Shown here: positions 47,402 through 55,785 of the stretch, in pieces
Position numbering within the stretch: position 1 is the stretch's first letter
Layout: every line of letters starts with the position of its first letter
IMG/VR virus record: IMGVR_UViG_3300036859_000309
Coordinates: 4,814-68,813 of that record
Length of the DNA stretch: 64,000 nucleotides
Strand: one strand, 5' to 3'
From: a virus
Made by a program: the position numbers and the translations under genes
Notes under the pieces: model-generated
Databases searched by the model: none
Seen by the model: only the letters and a program-made list of their open reading frames with translations
Told to the model about the DNA's origin: nothing

Positions 47402-47974
47402 TCATTCGTCCCTCGCCTTCAGCATGGCGTCGGCCAATTGGTAGGCCGCATCGGAGACGCTGGATTCGGCTAAGGGATCTTCGGCGCTCCAGAGGCAGCC
47501 AATCAGAGGTACCATCGCCTTCGCCGCGAAGTAGTCGCGCAGGTCCCGGCCGCCACTGAACGTGCTATCCAACCGCGCCACGACCTCGGCGTTCATCGAG
47601 CGGCCACTCGCCTTGGCCGCCGCTTCGATCTTCTCGCGCAGCTCAGGGAGCATCCGCAGCCCAAAAGGCGCGACGTTGCCGGTGGGCGCAGTTGTGGTGC
47701 GAGGCGCGGCCTCTGCCATGAGCGCCCCTGGAATAGCTCGTTTCAGCCACTCGGTGATATCGATGGCGCGCCAGCGAGTGCAGCGCGTGCCGTACTTCAC
47801 TGGCTCCGGGAAACCATCGTCCTGGATCTTGCGGCGGATAGTCGTCTCGGATAGGCCAGTCACTGCGACAACGGTCTTGATCTTCAGCAGCGCATCAGGC
47901 GATTGCAGGATCTCAATGGGCTGGGTCAGCCCATCGCTCTTGGACTTAACTTTGGTCACCGCAGCCTCCGTCAT
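47402..47974 (-). CDS. AlpA-HTH / Arc-RHH / phage-domain fusion regulator
   Basis: VVAVTGLSETTIRR...FPEPV; FGLRMLPELREKIEAAAKASGRSMNAEVVARL; LRDYFAAKAM...LADAMLKAR. Confidence 0.8.
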   Translation of the reverse strand: MTEAAVTKVKSKSDGLTQPIEILQSPDALLKIKTVVAVTGLSETTIRRKIQDDGFPEPVKYGTRCTRWRAIDITEWLKRAIPGALMAEAAPRTTTAPTGNVAPFGLRMLPELREKIEAAAKASGRSMNAEVVARLDSTFSGGRDLRDYFAAKAMVPLIGCLWSAEDPLAESSVSDAAYQLADAMLKARDE

Positions 47975-47987
47975 AATTGGCGACCGA

Positions 47988-48064
47988 CTGCCCGTAGCTC
48001 AGTCGGATAGAGCAACAGCCTTCTAAGCTGTGGGTCACAGGTTCGATTCCTGTCGGGCAGGCCA
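47988..48064 (+). tRNA. tRNA-Arg (anticodon UCU)
   Basis: Acceptor CTGCCCG/CGGGCAG, D-arm, ACAGC-CTTCTAA-GCTGT anticodon arm, ACAGG-TTCGATT-CCTGT T-arm, encoded CCA. Confidence 0.95.
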
Positions 48065-48076
48065 TGCGGCGCGCGC

Positions 48077-48508
48077 TCATGCTGCACCGCCTTCCTGCTC
48101 AGCAGCCTCAGCGAGGACGGCCGCGGCGTCGCGCATGCAAGCCTGGCACTGCTCCTCGGAGGGACGCTCCTGCTCGTTCTCCAGGTCCTGGGCGAGCATG
48201 TTGGCGTGCAACGCCTGGAGCGCGCCGAAGAGCCGCCGCTTCATGGCGATGTGGTAGGCCATCCGCCGGTTCAGCTTCTCGGGCGTATCAGGCCCGGCGC
48301 TCTTTGGCAGATCGATGTCGATGTCCCGGTACTCCTGGCCGCGCAGGGCGAACTGCGCGCGCTGCTCAATCCAACGCAGGCGCCGCGTTTGGCTGCGGCT
48401 GCGCGCAGCGGTTCGCGCGATGTGGTCCAGCGCCTGGGCCAGGATCAGCGGGTCGACCTTGGTCGCGGCCTCATAGGCGCGTGGGAACTCGTGCGTGACG
48501 TGGGTCAT
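48077..48508 (-). CDS. Hypothetical protein
   Basis: Coupled ORF in early operon. Confidence 0.6.
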   Translation of the reverse strand: MTHVTHEFPRAYEAATKVDPLILAQALDHIARTAARSRSQTRRLRWIEQRAQFALRGQEYRDIDIDLPKSAGPDTPEKLNRRMAYHIAMKRRLFGALQALHANMLAQDLENEQERPSEEQCQACMRDAAAVLAEAAEQEGGAA

Positions 48509-48792
48509 GCCGCGCTCCCGATGGCCTTGGCGCGCCACCGCGAGATCTCCTCGTTGTGCGCGGCGACTTCGGCGTCCGTGGGAACCTCATTCATCGCGCG
48601 CACCAACTCAGCCGCCGCTTCCCTGCAGCCCTGCTTCTCCAGGAAATGCCGCAGAACGCTTTCCAGACCACCGAGGAAGCCGTATACCGAACTGCCATGG
48701 CCGCCGGTGCGGGCCACGATGGCGTGCCCACTGACGTTGGCGCGCCGGATCTCGTTGACCAGCTGCATCGCGTCGCGCTTGCTGATCGTCAT
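48505..48792 (-). CDS. Hypothetical protein
   Basis: Coupled ORF. Confidence 0.65.
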   Translation of the reverse strand: MTISKRDAMQLVNEIRRANVSGHAIVARTGGHGSSVYGFLGGLESVLRHFLEKQGCREAAAELVRAMNEVPTDAEVAAHNEEISRWRAKAIGSAA

Positions 48793-48992
48793 GCCAGCAC
48801 CCCAAACAGTGAGTCCTGTGCTGCGATCCGGGCCTCGGTCACTTCATCCTGCTGAAGCTTCACGCCCATGGCGTGAGCGAGCTGTCTGGAGCGCTCAATC
48901 GTGTGCACCAGGGCCTCGCGCTGGGCGGCTTTCTGCTTGCGGTACCGCTGCAGTTGCGCCGGCGTGGTGACGTGGTAGGTCGCGCCGTTCAC
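48789..48992 (-). CDS. Hypothetical protein
   Basis: Coupled ORF. Confidence 0.6.
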   Translation of the reverse strand: MNGATYHVTTPAQLQRYRKQKAAQREALVHTIERSRQLAHAMGVKLQQDEVTEARIAAQDSLFGVLA

Positions 48993-49276
48993 AGCGAGGC
49001 ACTCCGGCGAACCTTCATGCGAAGCCGCGAGTTCTCGGCCACCAAGCCGGCGTACTTCGCCTGCAGCGTGACGAGGTCGATGCCCTTCGAGGCCATCTGC
49101 TCCAGCGCGTCGGTGGAGACGTCACGACAGAACTGGACCGCGGCGGCGCGGTGCGCGGCTGTCGAGCTATCGAGGCGGAAGTTCCTCCCTTCCTTCCAGC
49201 CATTGAGCTCGGCCGGCTGCAGCTCAAGGTCCAGCGCCTTTGCGCCAAGAGCCTTGCTCGGGATCACGGTGTGCAT
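48989..49276 (-). CDS. Hypothetical protein, first gene of leftward early operon
   Basis: GAGGAG RBS; directly downstream of PL. Confidence 0.65.
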   Translation of the reverse strand: MHTVIPSKALGAKALDLELQPAELNGWKEGRNFRLDSSTAAHRAAAVQFCRDVSTDALEQMASKGIDLVTLQAKYAGLVAENSRLRMKVRRSASL

Positions 49277-49319
49277 CTGCCCATCTCCTCTGCACTGAAC
49301 CTCTCAGTGCCTGATGGAA

Positions 49320-49362
49320 AGTATGGGTCAGCCGTACACTGACAGTCAAGTTGAACCGTACA
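49320..49362 (-). promoter_or_regulatory. PL promoter with two 19-bp operators (OL)
   Basis: Minus strand TTGACT-N18-CATACT; operators AGTATGG-N5-CCGTACA (49320) and AGTCAAG-N5-CCGTACA (49344). Confidence 0.75.
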
Positions 49363-49452
49363 GCTTGTTAAGAATAAGAAGTAATTTGTTGTTCGGCTCA
49401 GCCGGACAGGTGGGAATATGGGCGCGCAGCGTGCGCGTCTGGAAGTGGACGT

Positions 49453-49478
49453 AAAAAAGCCCGCGCGTGGCGGGCTTT
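49453..49478 (-). terminator. Terminator of repressor transcript
   Basis: AAAAAAGCCCGC...GCGGGCTTT. Confidence 0.75.
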
Positions 49479-49593
49479 GAGGGGGGATGGAGGACGAGGC
49501 TCGCTGCCTCTCTCTATTTCGAAGCGGGCCTGCATCGTCTCGTTGCCCGCACCTTGCATCGGAGCGGCAAGCAAGTTGTCCATACGCAAGTCC

Positions 49594-49845
49594 TCAGCGT
49601 GTTTCAAGATCGTCGCGAGCGTGTACCAGGGCGGCCAGCTGATCGGATAGGAACATCACGGCGCCCCTTGCGAAGGTTGGGTGACGGTAGCAGTGCCCGG
49701 CGACGTTGGTGATGTAGCGCATCTTCCGCAGCGTGACTGCGAATGCAATGCCCGTGACTTCTCCTTCCTTGGCGAGCTGCAGCAACGTCTCGAGGGCCTC
49801 GACCGTGTCGTGGCTGATGTTGTCGGGGATTAGTCGGTATGGCAC
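49594..49845 (-). CDS. Hypothetical protein co-transcribed with repressor
   Basis: SHDTVEALETLL...GEVTGIAF...PTFARGAV. Confidence 0.7.
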   Translation of the reverse strand: MPYRLIPDNISHDTVEALETLLQLAKEGEVTGIAFAVTLRKMRYITNVAGHCYRHPTFARGAVMFLSDQLAALVHARDDLETR

Positions 49846-49848
49846 GGC

Positions 49849-50346
49849 TCATTCCTGCTTGCGTCCCTTGCTGGACCCCTTGGCGGCAGGATGGTGCGGC
49901 CGGATCCCCTTGCCTCTGTAGGTCTTGGGCGCTGGCGCTGACTCGAGTATGCCGAGATCCGAATGAAGAGAAACAGCTGGGGGTGCCGGGAGGAACTCTT
50001 CGACCCGAGCGTCAGTGACCGCGGGGCCGAGCATCTTGGCCAGCAGCGCCATGCGCTGCTCTTGCGTCAGGGCTTGAATCGCGCTCTCAGCCTGGATGAC
50101 CTTGATGTGCTCCTTTACATCGCCAAAGATCAGATCATCAACCGCGATATTCAGTTTCAGGCATATGACGCGAAGCTGATCAGCCTTTGGGTAGTGGCGC
50201 TCTGCCTCCCAATCCGAGACGGATTGCTTCGACGCGTTCTTCCCGTTCTCGCCGGCTCCAAGGCCGAGCTCGACCCCGCTCATCCCCTTCTCTTGTCGCG
50301 CCTTCTTGAGCCGTGCGCCAAATCCAAAACTCTTGCTGTTGCCCAT
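49849..50346 (-). CDS. CI-like repressor (XRE HTH)
   Basis: FGARLKKAR...SKQSVSDWE....PKADQL; divergent from cro. Confidence 0.85.
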   Translation of the reverse strand: MGNSKSFGFGARLKKARQEKGMSGVELGLGAGENGKNASKQSVSDWEAERHYPKADQLRVICLKLNIAVDDLIFGDVKEHIKVIQAESAIQALTQEQRMALLAKMLGPAVTDARVEEFLPAPPAVSLHSDLGILESAPAPKTYRGKGIRPHHPAAKGSSKGRKQE

Positions 50347-50386
50347 CGATTGAGCATAAGGAAGAGCCGAATCATGCAAAATCTGT

Positions 50387-50439
50387 AGTACGGGTGAGCC
50401 GGACTGTCCTTGATGCAGTGTGTACGGTTGAGCCATACT
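50387..50439 (+). promoter_or_regulatory. PR promoter with two 19-bp operators (OR)
   Basis: TTGATG-N18-CATACT (50410-50439); AGTACGG-N5-CCGGACT (50387) and TGTACGG-N5-CCATACT (50421). Confidence 0.75.
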
Positions 50440-50445
50440 ATCGGT

Positions 50446-50688
50446 ATGCGCGACTGGACCATCCTGTTCGACCGGAAGGGCTTTCAAGCCGCTCTGGCTC
50501 GCCGCTTCAACAAGTCGCGAGCCACGATCAATGAATGGCGCAACGGCATCCCGGTTCCGTATTGCGCAGGTGTCGAAGAGGAATGCGGAGGCGAGTTCAC
50601 ACGTCGCGATTTCCGTCCTGACGACTGGCATTTGATCTGGCCCGAGCTCGTGGGGCCGCCCCCAGCGCCTGAAGCAAAGGCGGCCTGA
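50446..50688 (+). CDS. Cro/YdaS-like regulator
   Basis: QAALAR...TINEW...RPDDWHLIWPEL. Confidence 0.85.
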   Translation: MRDWTILFDRKGFQAALARRFNKSRATINEWRNGIPVPYCAGVEEECGGEFTRRDFRPDDWHLIWPELVGPPPAPEAKAA

Positions 50689-50691
50689 GCC

Positions 50692-50922
50692 ATGCGCCGC
50701 CCGCGCGCCTCCATCGATTGGGAAACGCTCCTCGCAGCAGCTCTGTTCCTGCTGTGCACCTACGCCACCTGCGCGTTCATCGTCATCGGCGCCCTCGGGT
50801 GGGCGCTGTTCTCGCTGATCTGCGCCTTCGGTTTCTTCCAGGCCCTGATGGGCTTCCTCTCGGCCATGGACGTGCGCAGTCGCGTGCTCGGCCAGCAGGG
50901 GACTGAACACATCGACAGCTGA
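50692..50922 (+). CDS. Small membrane protein
   Basis: Two hydrophobic segments. Confidence 0.55.
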   Translation: MRRPRASIDWETLLAAALFLLCTYATCAFIVIGALGWALFSLICAFGFFQALMGFLSAMDVRSRVLGQQGTEHIDS

Positions 50923-51003
50923 TTCGTAGAGCGACTTGAGCATGCAAAAAATTTTGACCCGCGAAGCCTCGCAATGCCTCGCAAATGAAAAGAGAGGTAT
51001 TGC

Positions 51004-51396
51004 GTGACTACCCAGCCAACCCTCATCCGGCCAATCCCACAGCCCGCGGAGATCGCCCGCAAGCACTCCCTGGGGAAGGCCCTGGAGTACTGCGCCGAAC
51101 TCGCCGGCTACTCCTACGACAAGCAGCTGGAAGAGGCCCTGCGCAAGCACGGCTCCCCGGTCGACAAGACACAGCTTTCGCGCTGGCAGCAGGGCAGCGA
51201 GGGCATTAAGTGGGAACGCCTGGAGGCCCTGATGGACGTGTGCGGCAATGACGCGCCGATCCTCTGGATGCTTCATCAGCGCGGCTACGACCTGGGCAGC
51301 GTGCGGCTGCAGGAGTCCGCGACGGAGCGCGAGAACCGGCTCCTGCGCGAAGAGAACGCGGCGCTGCGGCGGGTTCTGCAAGGGGGTGCCCCATGA
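51004..51396 (+). CDS. CII-like transcriptional regulator
   Basis: Position after cro; VDKTQLSRW...LMDVCGNDAP. Confidence 0.7.
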   Translation: MTTQPTLIRPIPQPAEIARKHSLGKALEYCAELAGYSYDKQLEEALRKHGSPVDKTQLSRWQQGSEGIKWERLEALMDVCGNDAPILWMLHQRGYDLGSVRLQESATERENRLLREENAALRRVLQGGAP

Positions 51397-51713
51397 GTCT
51401 GGTCGACCCCAAGAACCCCGCGCGCTGGTGCGATGGCTCCCTGCGCAGCCAGGGCAACGGATTCACGAACGGCTTCGGAGATCCCATCAACTGGACCATT
51501 GCCACCGTGCGTGCGGCGGCCGGTCCAAAGATCTCGGCGGCACACGAGCGCCAGCGCCAAGAAGGCAAGAACCCGGGCGCGTTCTACGGCCTGTCCAGGA
51601 AGTCCGACGAGAGCCTCCAGACGCGACCCAAGTACTCGGCGCCCATCGAGGGCCGCGAGGCTGGCCTGCTCGCAACCGAGAAGCGCCAGCGGGCGTCGAA
51701 GGCGAGCATCTGA
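51393..51713 (+). CDS. Hypothetical protein
   Basis: Coupled ORF. Confidence 0.6.
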   Translation: MSLVDPKNPARWCDGSLRSQGNGFTNGFGDPINWTIATVRAAAGPKISAAHERQRQEGKNPGAFYGLSRKSDESLQTRPKYSAPIEGREAGLLATEKRQRASKASI

Positions 51714-54220
51714 TGGACTACATCGAGTTCCTTCGCTCGAAGATGCCGCTGGCCAGCTTCACTGGCTTCGACGTCGACCTGGAGCAGATCAATCCGAACC
51801 TGAAGCCACACACGCGCGACATCGTGCGCTGGATGGTGAAGGGCGGCAACCGCGCGGTGTTCGCCAGCTTCGGACTGCACAAGACCGCGACCCAACTGGA
51901 GGCGCTGCGCCTGATCGGGCAGCACCGACCTGGCCTGTGCCTGCAGGTGTTGCCGCTCGGCGTGCGCCAAGAATTTTTTCGCGAGGTCGAGCAGCGCTTC
52001 ACCGGCGACTATGCGATCGACTTGCGTTTCATCCGATCGGACAGTGAGATCGACGACGAACGCACGATCTACCTGACGAACTACGAGAGCGTGCGCGAGG
52101 GCAAGATCACGCCCAAGCTGTTTCGCGCGACGAGCCTTGACGAAGCCAGCATCCTGCGCAGCTACGGCAGCAAGACCTATCAGGAGTTCCTGCCCGCCTT
52201 CGCCGAGGTCGAGTTCAAGTTCGCGGCGACTGCGACGCCGGACCCCAACCGCTACAAGGAGCTGATCCACTACGCCGGCTACCTGGGCGTCATGGATACG
52301 GGCCAGGCCCTGACGCGCTTCTTCCAGCGCGACAGCGAGAAGGCCGGCAATCTCACCCTGTACCCCCACAAGGAAGCCGAGTTCTGGCTGTGGGTGGCCA
52401 GCTGGGCAGTGGTCATCACAAAGCCGAGTGACCTCGGCCACAGCGACGACGGCTATGTCCTGCCGGAGCTGGACGTGCGCTGGCACGAGGTGCCGAGCGA
52501 CTACACGGCGGCCGGGGCGGACAAGGTGGGGCAGGGCCTGCTGATCCCGAACGTGGCGCTCGGCCTCTCCGCCGCGGCGACCGAGAAGCGCGACAGCCTG
52601 CCGGCGCGCGTGGCGAAGGTGCGCGAGATCGTCGAAGCGGATCCCGCTGACCACTTCATTCTCTGGCACGACCTCGAAGACGAGCGGCACGCGCTGCAGG
52701 AAGCGGTCCCCGAGGCGGTCAGCGTCTGGGGTTCGCAGGACCTAGAAGAACGCGAGGCTCGCATCGTCGGATTCAGCGACGGCGAGCACCGGATCCTTTC
52801 CACGAAGCCGATCATTGCCGGCAGCGGCTGCAATTTCCAGCGGCACTGCCATCGAGAGGTCTTCGCCGGCATCGGCCACAAATTCAACGACTTCATCCAG
52901 GCCGTTCACCGGACCTATCGCTTTGGGCAGCAGGGGCGTGTGCGCCTCGACATCGTTCATACAGAGGCCGAGCGCGCAATCAAGGCCGACCTGCTGGCTA
53001 AGTGGCGCCGCCACGACGAGCAGCAGGCGCGCATGGCCGAGTTGGTGCGCACCTACGGCCTTGACCAACTGGCGATGCAAGACACGCTGGCCAGGACGAT
53101 CGGCATCGAGCGCCGTGAGGTGTCCGGGGAGCGCTTCACCGTCGCGAATAACGATTGCGTGTTGGAGGCCCAGCTGCGTCCGGCGAACTCTGTCGATCTG
53201 ATTGTGACGAGCTGCCCATTCGCAAACCATTACGAATACACGCCCAGCTACAACGACTTCGGACACACCGAGGACAACTCGCACTTCTGGGCGCAGATGG
53301 ACTACCTGACGCCTGAGCTGTTTCGGATCCTGAAGCCGGGCCGCGAGCTGTGCCTGCACGTCAAGGACCGCGTGATGTTCCAGTCGGTCAGCGGCTTGGG
53401 CGCGCCGACGATGGACTATTTCCACGAGGAAGCCTCGTTCCATCTGCGCAAGCACGGCTTCGTGAAGATGGCAGTGATCACGATCACCACCGACGTGGTG
53501 CGTGAGAACAACCAGACGTATCGCCTTGGCTACAGCGAAATGCTCAAGGACGGCACGAAGATGGGGGCAGGGTGCTCGGAATACCTGCTCATCTTCCGCA
53601 AGCCACAGACCGACTTGGCGCGCGGCTACGCCGATGAACCCGTGACCAAGGATCCAGCCGAATACAGCCTCGCGCGCTGGCAGGTTGATGCGCACGACTA
53701 CTGGCGTTCGAGCGGCAATCGCCTCATGTCGAGCGCTGAGATGGCGGCCATGGGGCCGGCGAAGCTGGCGAAGTTCTTCACGGAAGACAGCCTGCGCCGC
53801 GTCTATGACTACGAGCGGCATGTCGCGATCGGCGAAGAGCTCGGCGCGCGTGACGCGCTGCCAAAGAAGTTCATGTGCCTGGCGCCCGGCAGCACGGACC
53901 CGAACGTGTGGACGGATGTCCTGCGCATGGACACCCTGAATAGCGAGCAGTCTGCGCGGGCCGTCGAGAAGCACGTCTGCCCACTCCAATTCGACATCGT
54001 TGACCGAGCGATCCGGCGGTATAGCAACCCCGGCGATCTCGTCTATGACCCGTTCCATGGGCTGGGAACCGTCGGCGTCCGTGCGATCAAGCTGGGCCGG
54101 CGTGCAGGAGGGTCGGAGCTCAATGCCGCCTACTTCGCTGACCAGGTGCACTACCTGAAGGCGGCCGAGCGCGATGCATCCATGCCGAGCCTCTTCGACC
54201 TCGAGGAGCTCGCGGCATGA
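51713..54220 (+). CDS. SNF2-like helicase / N4-N6 DNA methyltransferase fusion
   Basis: GLHKT, LDEAS, ATATP, QAVHR..RFGQ; then TSCPF, H.CPLQ, DPFHGLG. Confidence 0.9.
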   Translation: MDYIEFLRSKMPLASFTGFDVDLEQINPNLKPHTRDIVRWMVKGGNRAVFASFGLHKTATQLEALRLIGQHRPGLCLQVLPLGVRQEFFREVEQRFTGDYAIDLRFIRSDSEIDDERTIYLTNYESVREGKITPKLFRATSLDEASILRSYGSKTYQEFLPAFAEVEFKFAATATPDPNRYKELIHYAGYLGVMDTGQALTRFFQRDSEKAGNLTLYPHKEAEFWLWVASWAVVITKPSDLGHSDDGYVLPELDVRWHEVPSDYTAAGADKVGQGLLIPNVALGLSAAATEKRDSLPARVAKVREIVEADPADHFILWHDLEDERHALQEAVPEAVSVWGSQDLEEREARIVGFSDGEHRILSTKPIIAGSGCNFQRHCHREVFAGIGHKFNDFIQAVHRTYRFGQQGRVRLDIVHTEAERAIKADLLAKWRRHDEQQARMAELVRTYGLDQLAMQDTLARTIGIERREVSGERFTVANNDCVLEAQLRPANSVDLIVTSCPFANHYEYTPSYNDFGHTEDNSHFWAQMDYLTPELFRILKPGRELCLHVKDRVMFQSVSGLGAPTMDYFHEEASFHLRKHGFVKMAVITITTDVVRENNQTYRLGYSEMLKDGTKMGAGCSEYLLIFRKPQTDLARGYADEPVTKDPAEYSLARWQVDAHDYWRSSGNRLMSSAEMAAMGPAKLAKFFTEDSLRRVYDYERHVAIGEELGARDALPKKFMCLAPGSTDPNVWTDVLRMDTLNSEQSARAVEKHVCPLQFDIVDRAIRRYSNPGDLVYDPFHGLGTVGVRAIKLGRRAGGSELNAAYFADQVHYLKAAERDASMPSLFDLEELAA

Positions 54221-54471
54221 ACCACATCCAGCGCCTCATCGCCGAGATCCGCTCGCTCGACATCGCCGCGCAGGAGAAGCGCATCAAGCTCTGCGAGGCC
54301 TTAGGCGATCGAGACGGTGCCAAGCGGCACGAGCGTGAGATGAACGCCCTGATCGCCGCGCGCTTCGCCCAGATCGAGCAGTTGGAGCGGCATGGCTGCT
54401 GCTACTTCTCGGTCGCCGGCGAGATGTCGCGCATGCAGGACGAAGCAAGGAGGGTCGTCGGTGCCCAATGA
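54217..54471 (+). CDS. Hypothetical protein
   Basis: Coupled ORF. Confidence 0.65.
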   Translation: MNHIQRLIAEIRSLDIAAQEKRIKLCEALGDRDGAKRHEREMNALIAARFAQIEQLERHGCCYFSVAGEMSRMQDEARRVVGAQ

Positions 54472-55318
54472 CGCGCGCATCTCGGCAGAGTTGCCGGGGC
54501 ATCCCAAGACGAAGAAGCTCATTCGTCGCGCTGGGGCGGCGGCTGGCTGGTTCCTGATTCGCCTCTTCCTGTGGGCCTCCGTTAACCGGAGCGACGGCGA
54601 CCTGTCCGGCATGAGCGACGAGGATATCGAGCTTGCCATCGACTGGAATGGCGACCCCGGGGTGTTCGTCCAGGCGCTCGAATCTGTCGGCTTCCTCGAT
54701 GGCGCGGAAGGATCGCGCGTCATCCATGACTGGCAGGAACACAACCCATGGGCTGCAGGTGCAGAAATGCGCTCTGCTAAGGCGCGCTGGAACGCTGCAA
54801 AACGTCACCACGGGATTGCTGAAGCTGATCGGCTAGTTCCTGAATACGCTGCTGTTAGGTCTGCTGGCAGCAAGGATTCGGATGCTGACAGCAAAAGCGG
54901 CGATGCTGGTAGCACTGCTCCGTCTCCGTCTCCGTCTCCGTCTCCGTCTCCGTCTCCGTCTCCGTCTCCGTCTCCGTCTCCGTCTGAAGGGGGAGCGCCG
55001 CCTGCAGCGCCGCCGCCTCCTCCTGCTGCGCCTGGACCGGAAGGCCTTGATCTCGGATTCCAGTTGCCGCCTTGGATGCCGGTCGAGGCGTGGGAAGGCT
55101 ACGTTGCCATGCGCAAGAAGCAGCGCAAGCCGATGACCGAACGCGCCCGTGACCTCAAGGTCGCCGAGCTGCAGCGGTTTCGCGAAGAAGGGCATGACAT
55201 CGCGGCGATCCTCGACAAGTCCACCTCGAATTGCTGGACTGACATATACGCCCCGAAGGCAGACGAGCGGCGCCACCGCGCCAACGACCAGGACGACTGG
55301 ATGCGGGGTGCCCGATGA
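54461..55318 (+). CDS. Replication initiator protein
   Basis: HPKTKKL..LW..DGDL..IHDWQEHNP N-terminus; W..YVAMRK C-terminus; internal iterons. Confidence 0.8.
   Translation: MPNDARISAELPGHPKTKKLIRRAGAAAGWFLIRLFLWASVNRSDGDLSGMSDEDIELAIDWNGDPGVFVQALESVGFLDGAEGSRVIHDWQEHNPWAAGAEMRSAKARWNAAKRHHGIAEADRLVPEYAAVRSAGSKDSDADSKSGDAGSTAPSPSPSPSPSPSPSPSPSPSPSEGGAPPAAPPPPPAAPGPEGLDLGFQLPPWMPVEAWEGYVAMRKKQRKPMTERARDLKVAELQRFREEGHDIAAILDKSTSNCWTDIYAPKADERRHRANDQDDWMRGAR
54862..54914. repeat. Three iterons TGCTG-NN-AGCA at 21-bp spacing (likely origin)
   Basis: TGCTGGCAGCA 54862, TGCTGACAGCA 54883, TGCTGGTAGCA 54904. Confidence 0.7.
54920..54985 (+). repeat. (CCGTCT)11 microsatellite encoding a Pro-Ser linker
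   Basis: Perfect hexamer tandem repeat. Confidence 0.95.
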
Positions 55319-55785
55319 ACCGCTTGTGGTACGCCGTCAATGCCCTCAACCTGCTTGAGTCGCGTCGCCGCGGTATGGCGGCAGAAGGCCCGGTCGTTGT
55401 GTCGATGACGCGGCAGGACGGTTTCGACGCGGCCCCGCTGTACGTCCGCTCGGACGTGCCGGTCGAGCGCCTCGACTGGTCGATGCTGGTGAACCTCGAT
55501 GTCTGGGTGTGGGCCGGGCCCTCGGAACCGCTGGACCGCGTAGTCGCGCTGACGGTTTCGATCGCCAAGGTCAAGCCCAAGAGCCTCTTCCTCCGCTTCG
55601 AGGACCGGCGCGGGCACATCCACGACGTGGAAATTGGCAGCGGGACTCACCACCTCGGAGCGCCCGATCACGGAATAGCGCCTGAGCACTCCTTCCTGTT
55701 CTGCCCCATCAACAGCGCAGGCACGCGCATCGGCCGCGGACTTCAGCAGGCCCTACAGCGCGCCTATCACCGAGACATCGCATGA
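55315..55785 (+). CDS. Hypothetical protein
   Basis: Coupled between initiator and helicase. Confidence 0.7.
   Translation: MNRLWYAVNALNLLESRRRGMAAEGPVVVSMTRQDGFDAAPLYVRSDVPVERLDWSMLVNLDVWVWAGPSEPLDRVVALTVSIAKVKPKSLFLRFEDRRGHIHDVEIGSGTHHLGAPDHGIAPEHSFLFCPINSAGTRIGRGLQQALQRAYHRDIA

Noticed and set aside
49849-51381. 510-aa repressor as listed in the ORF track
   Set aside because: The upstream extension overlaps cro, CII-like gene and operators; the real start is most likely ATG at 50346
54920-54985. CRISPR array
   Set aside because: Simple hexamer microsatellite without spacers; no cas genes seen
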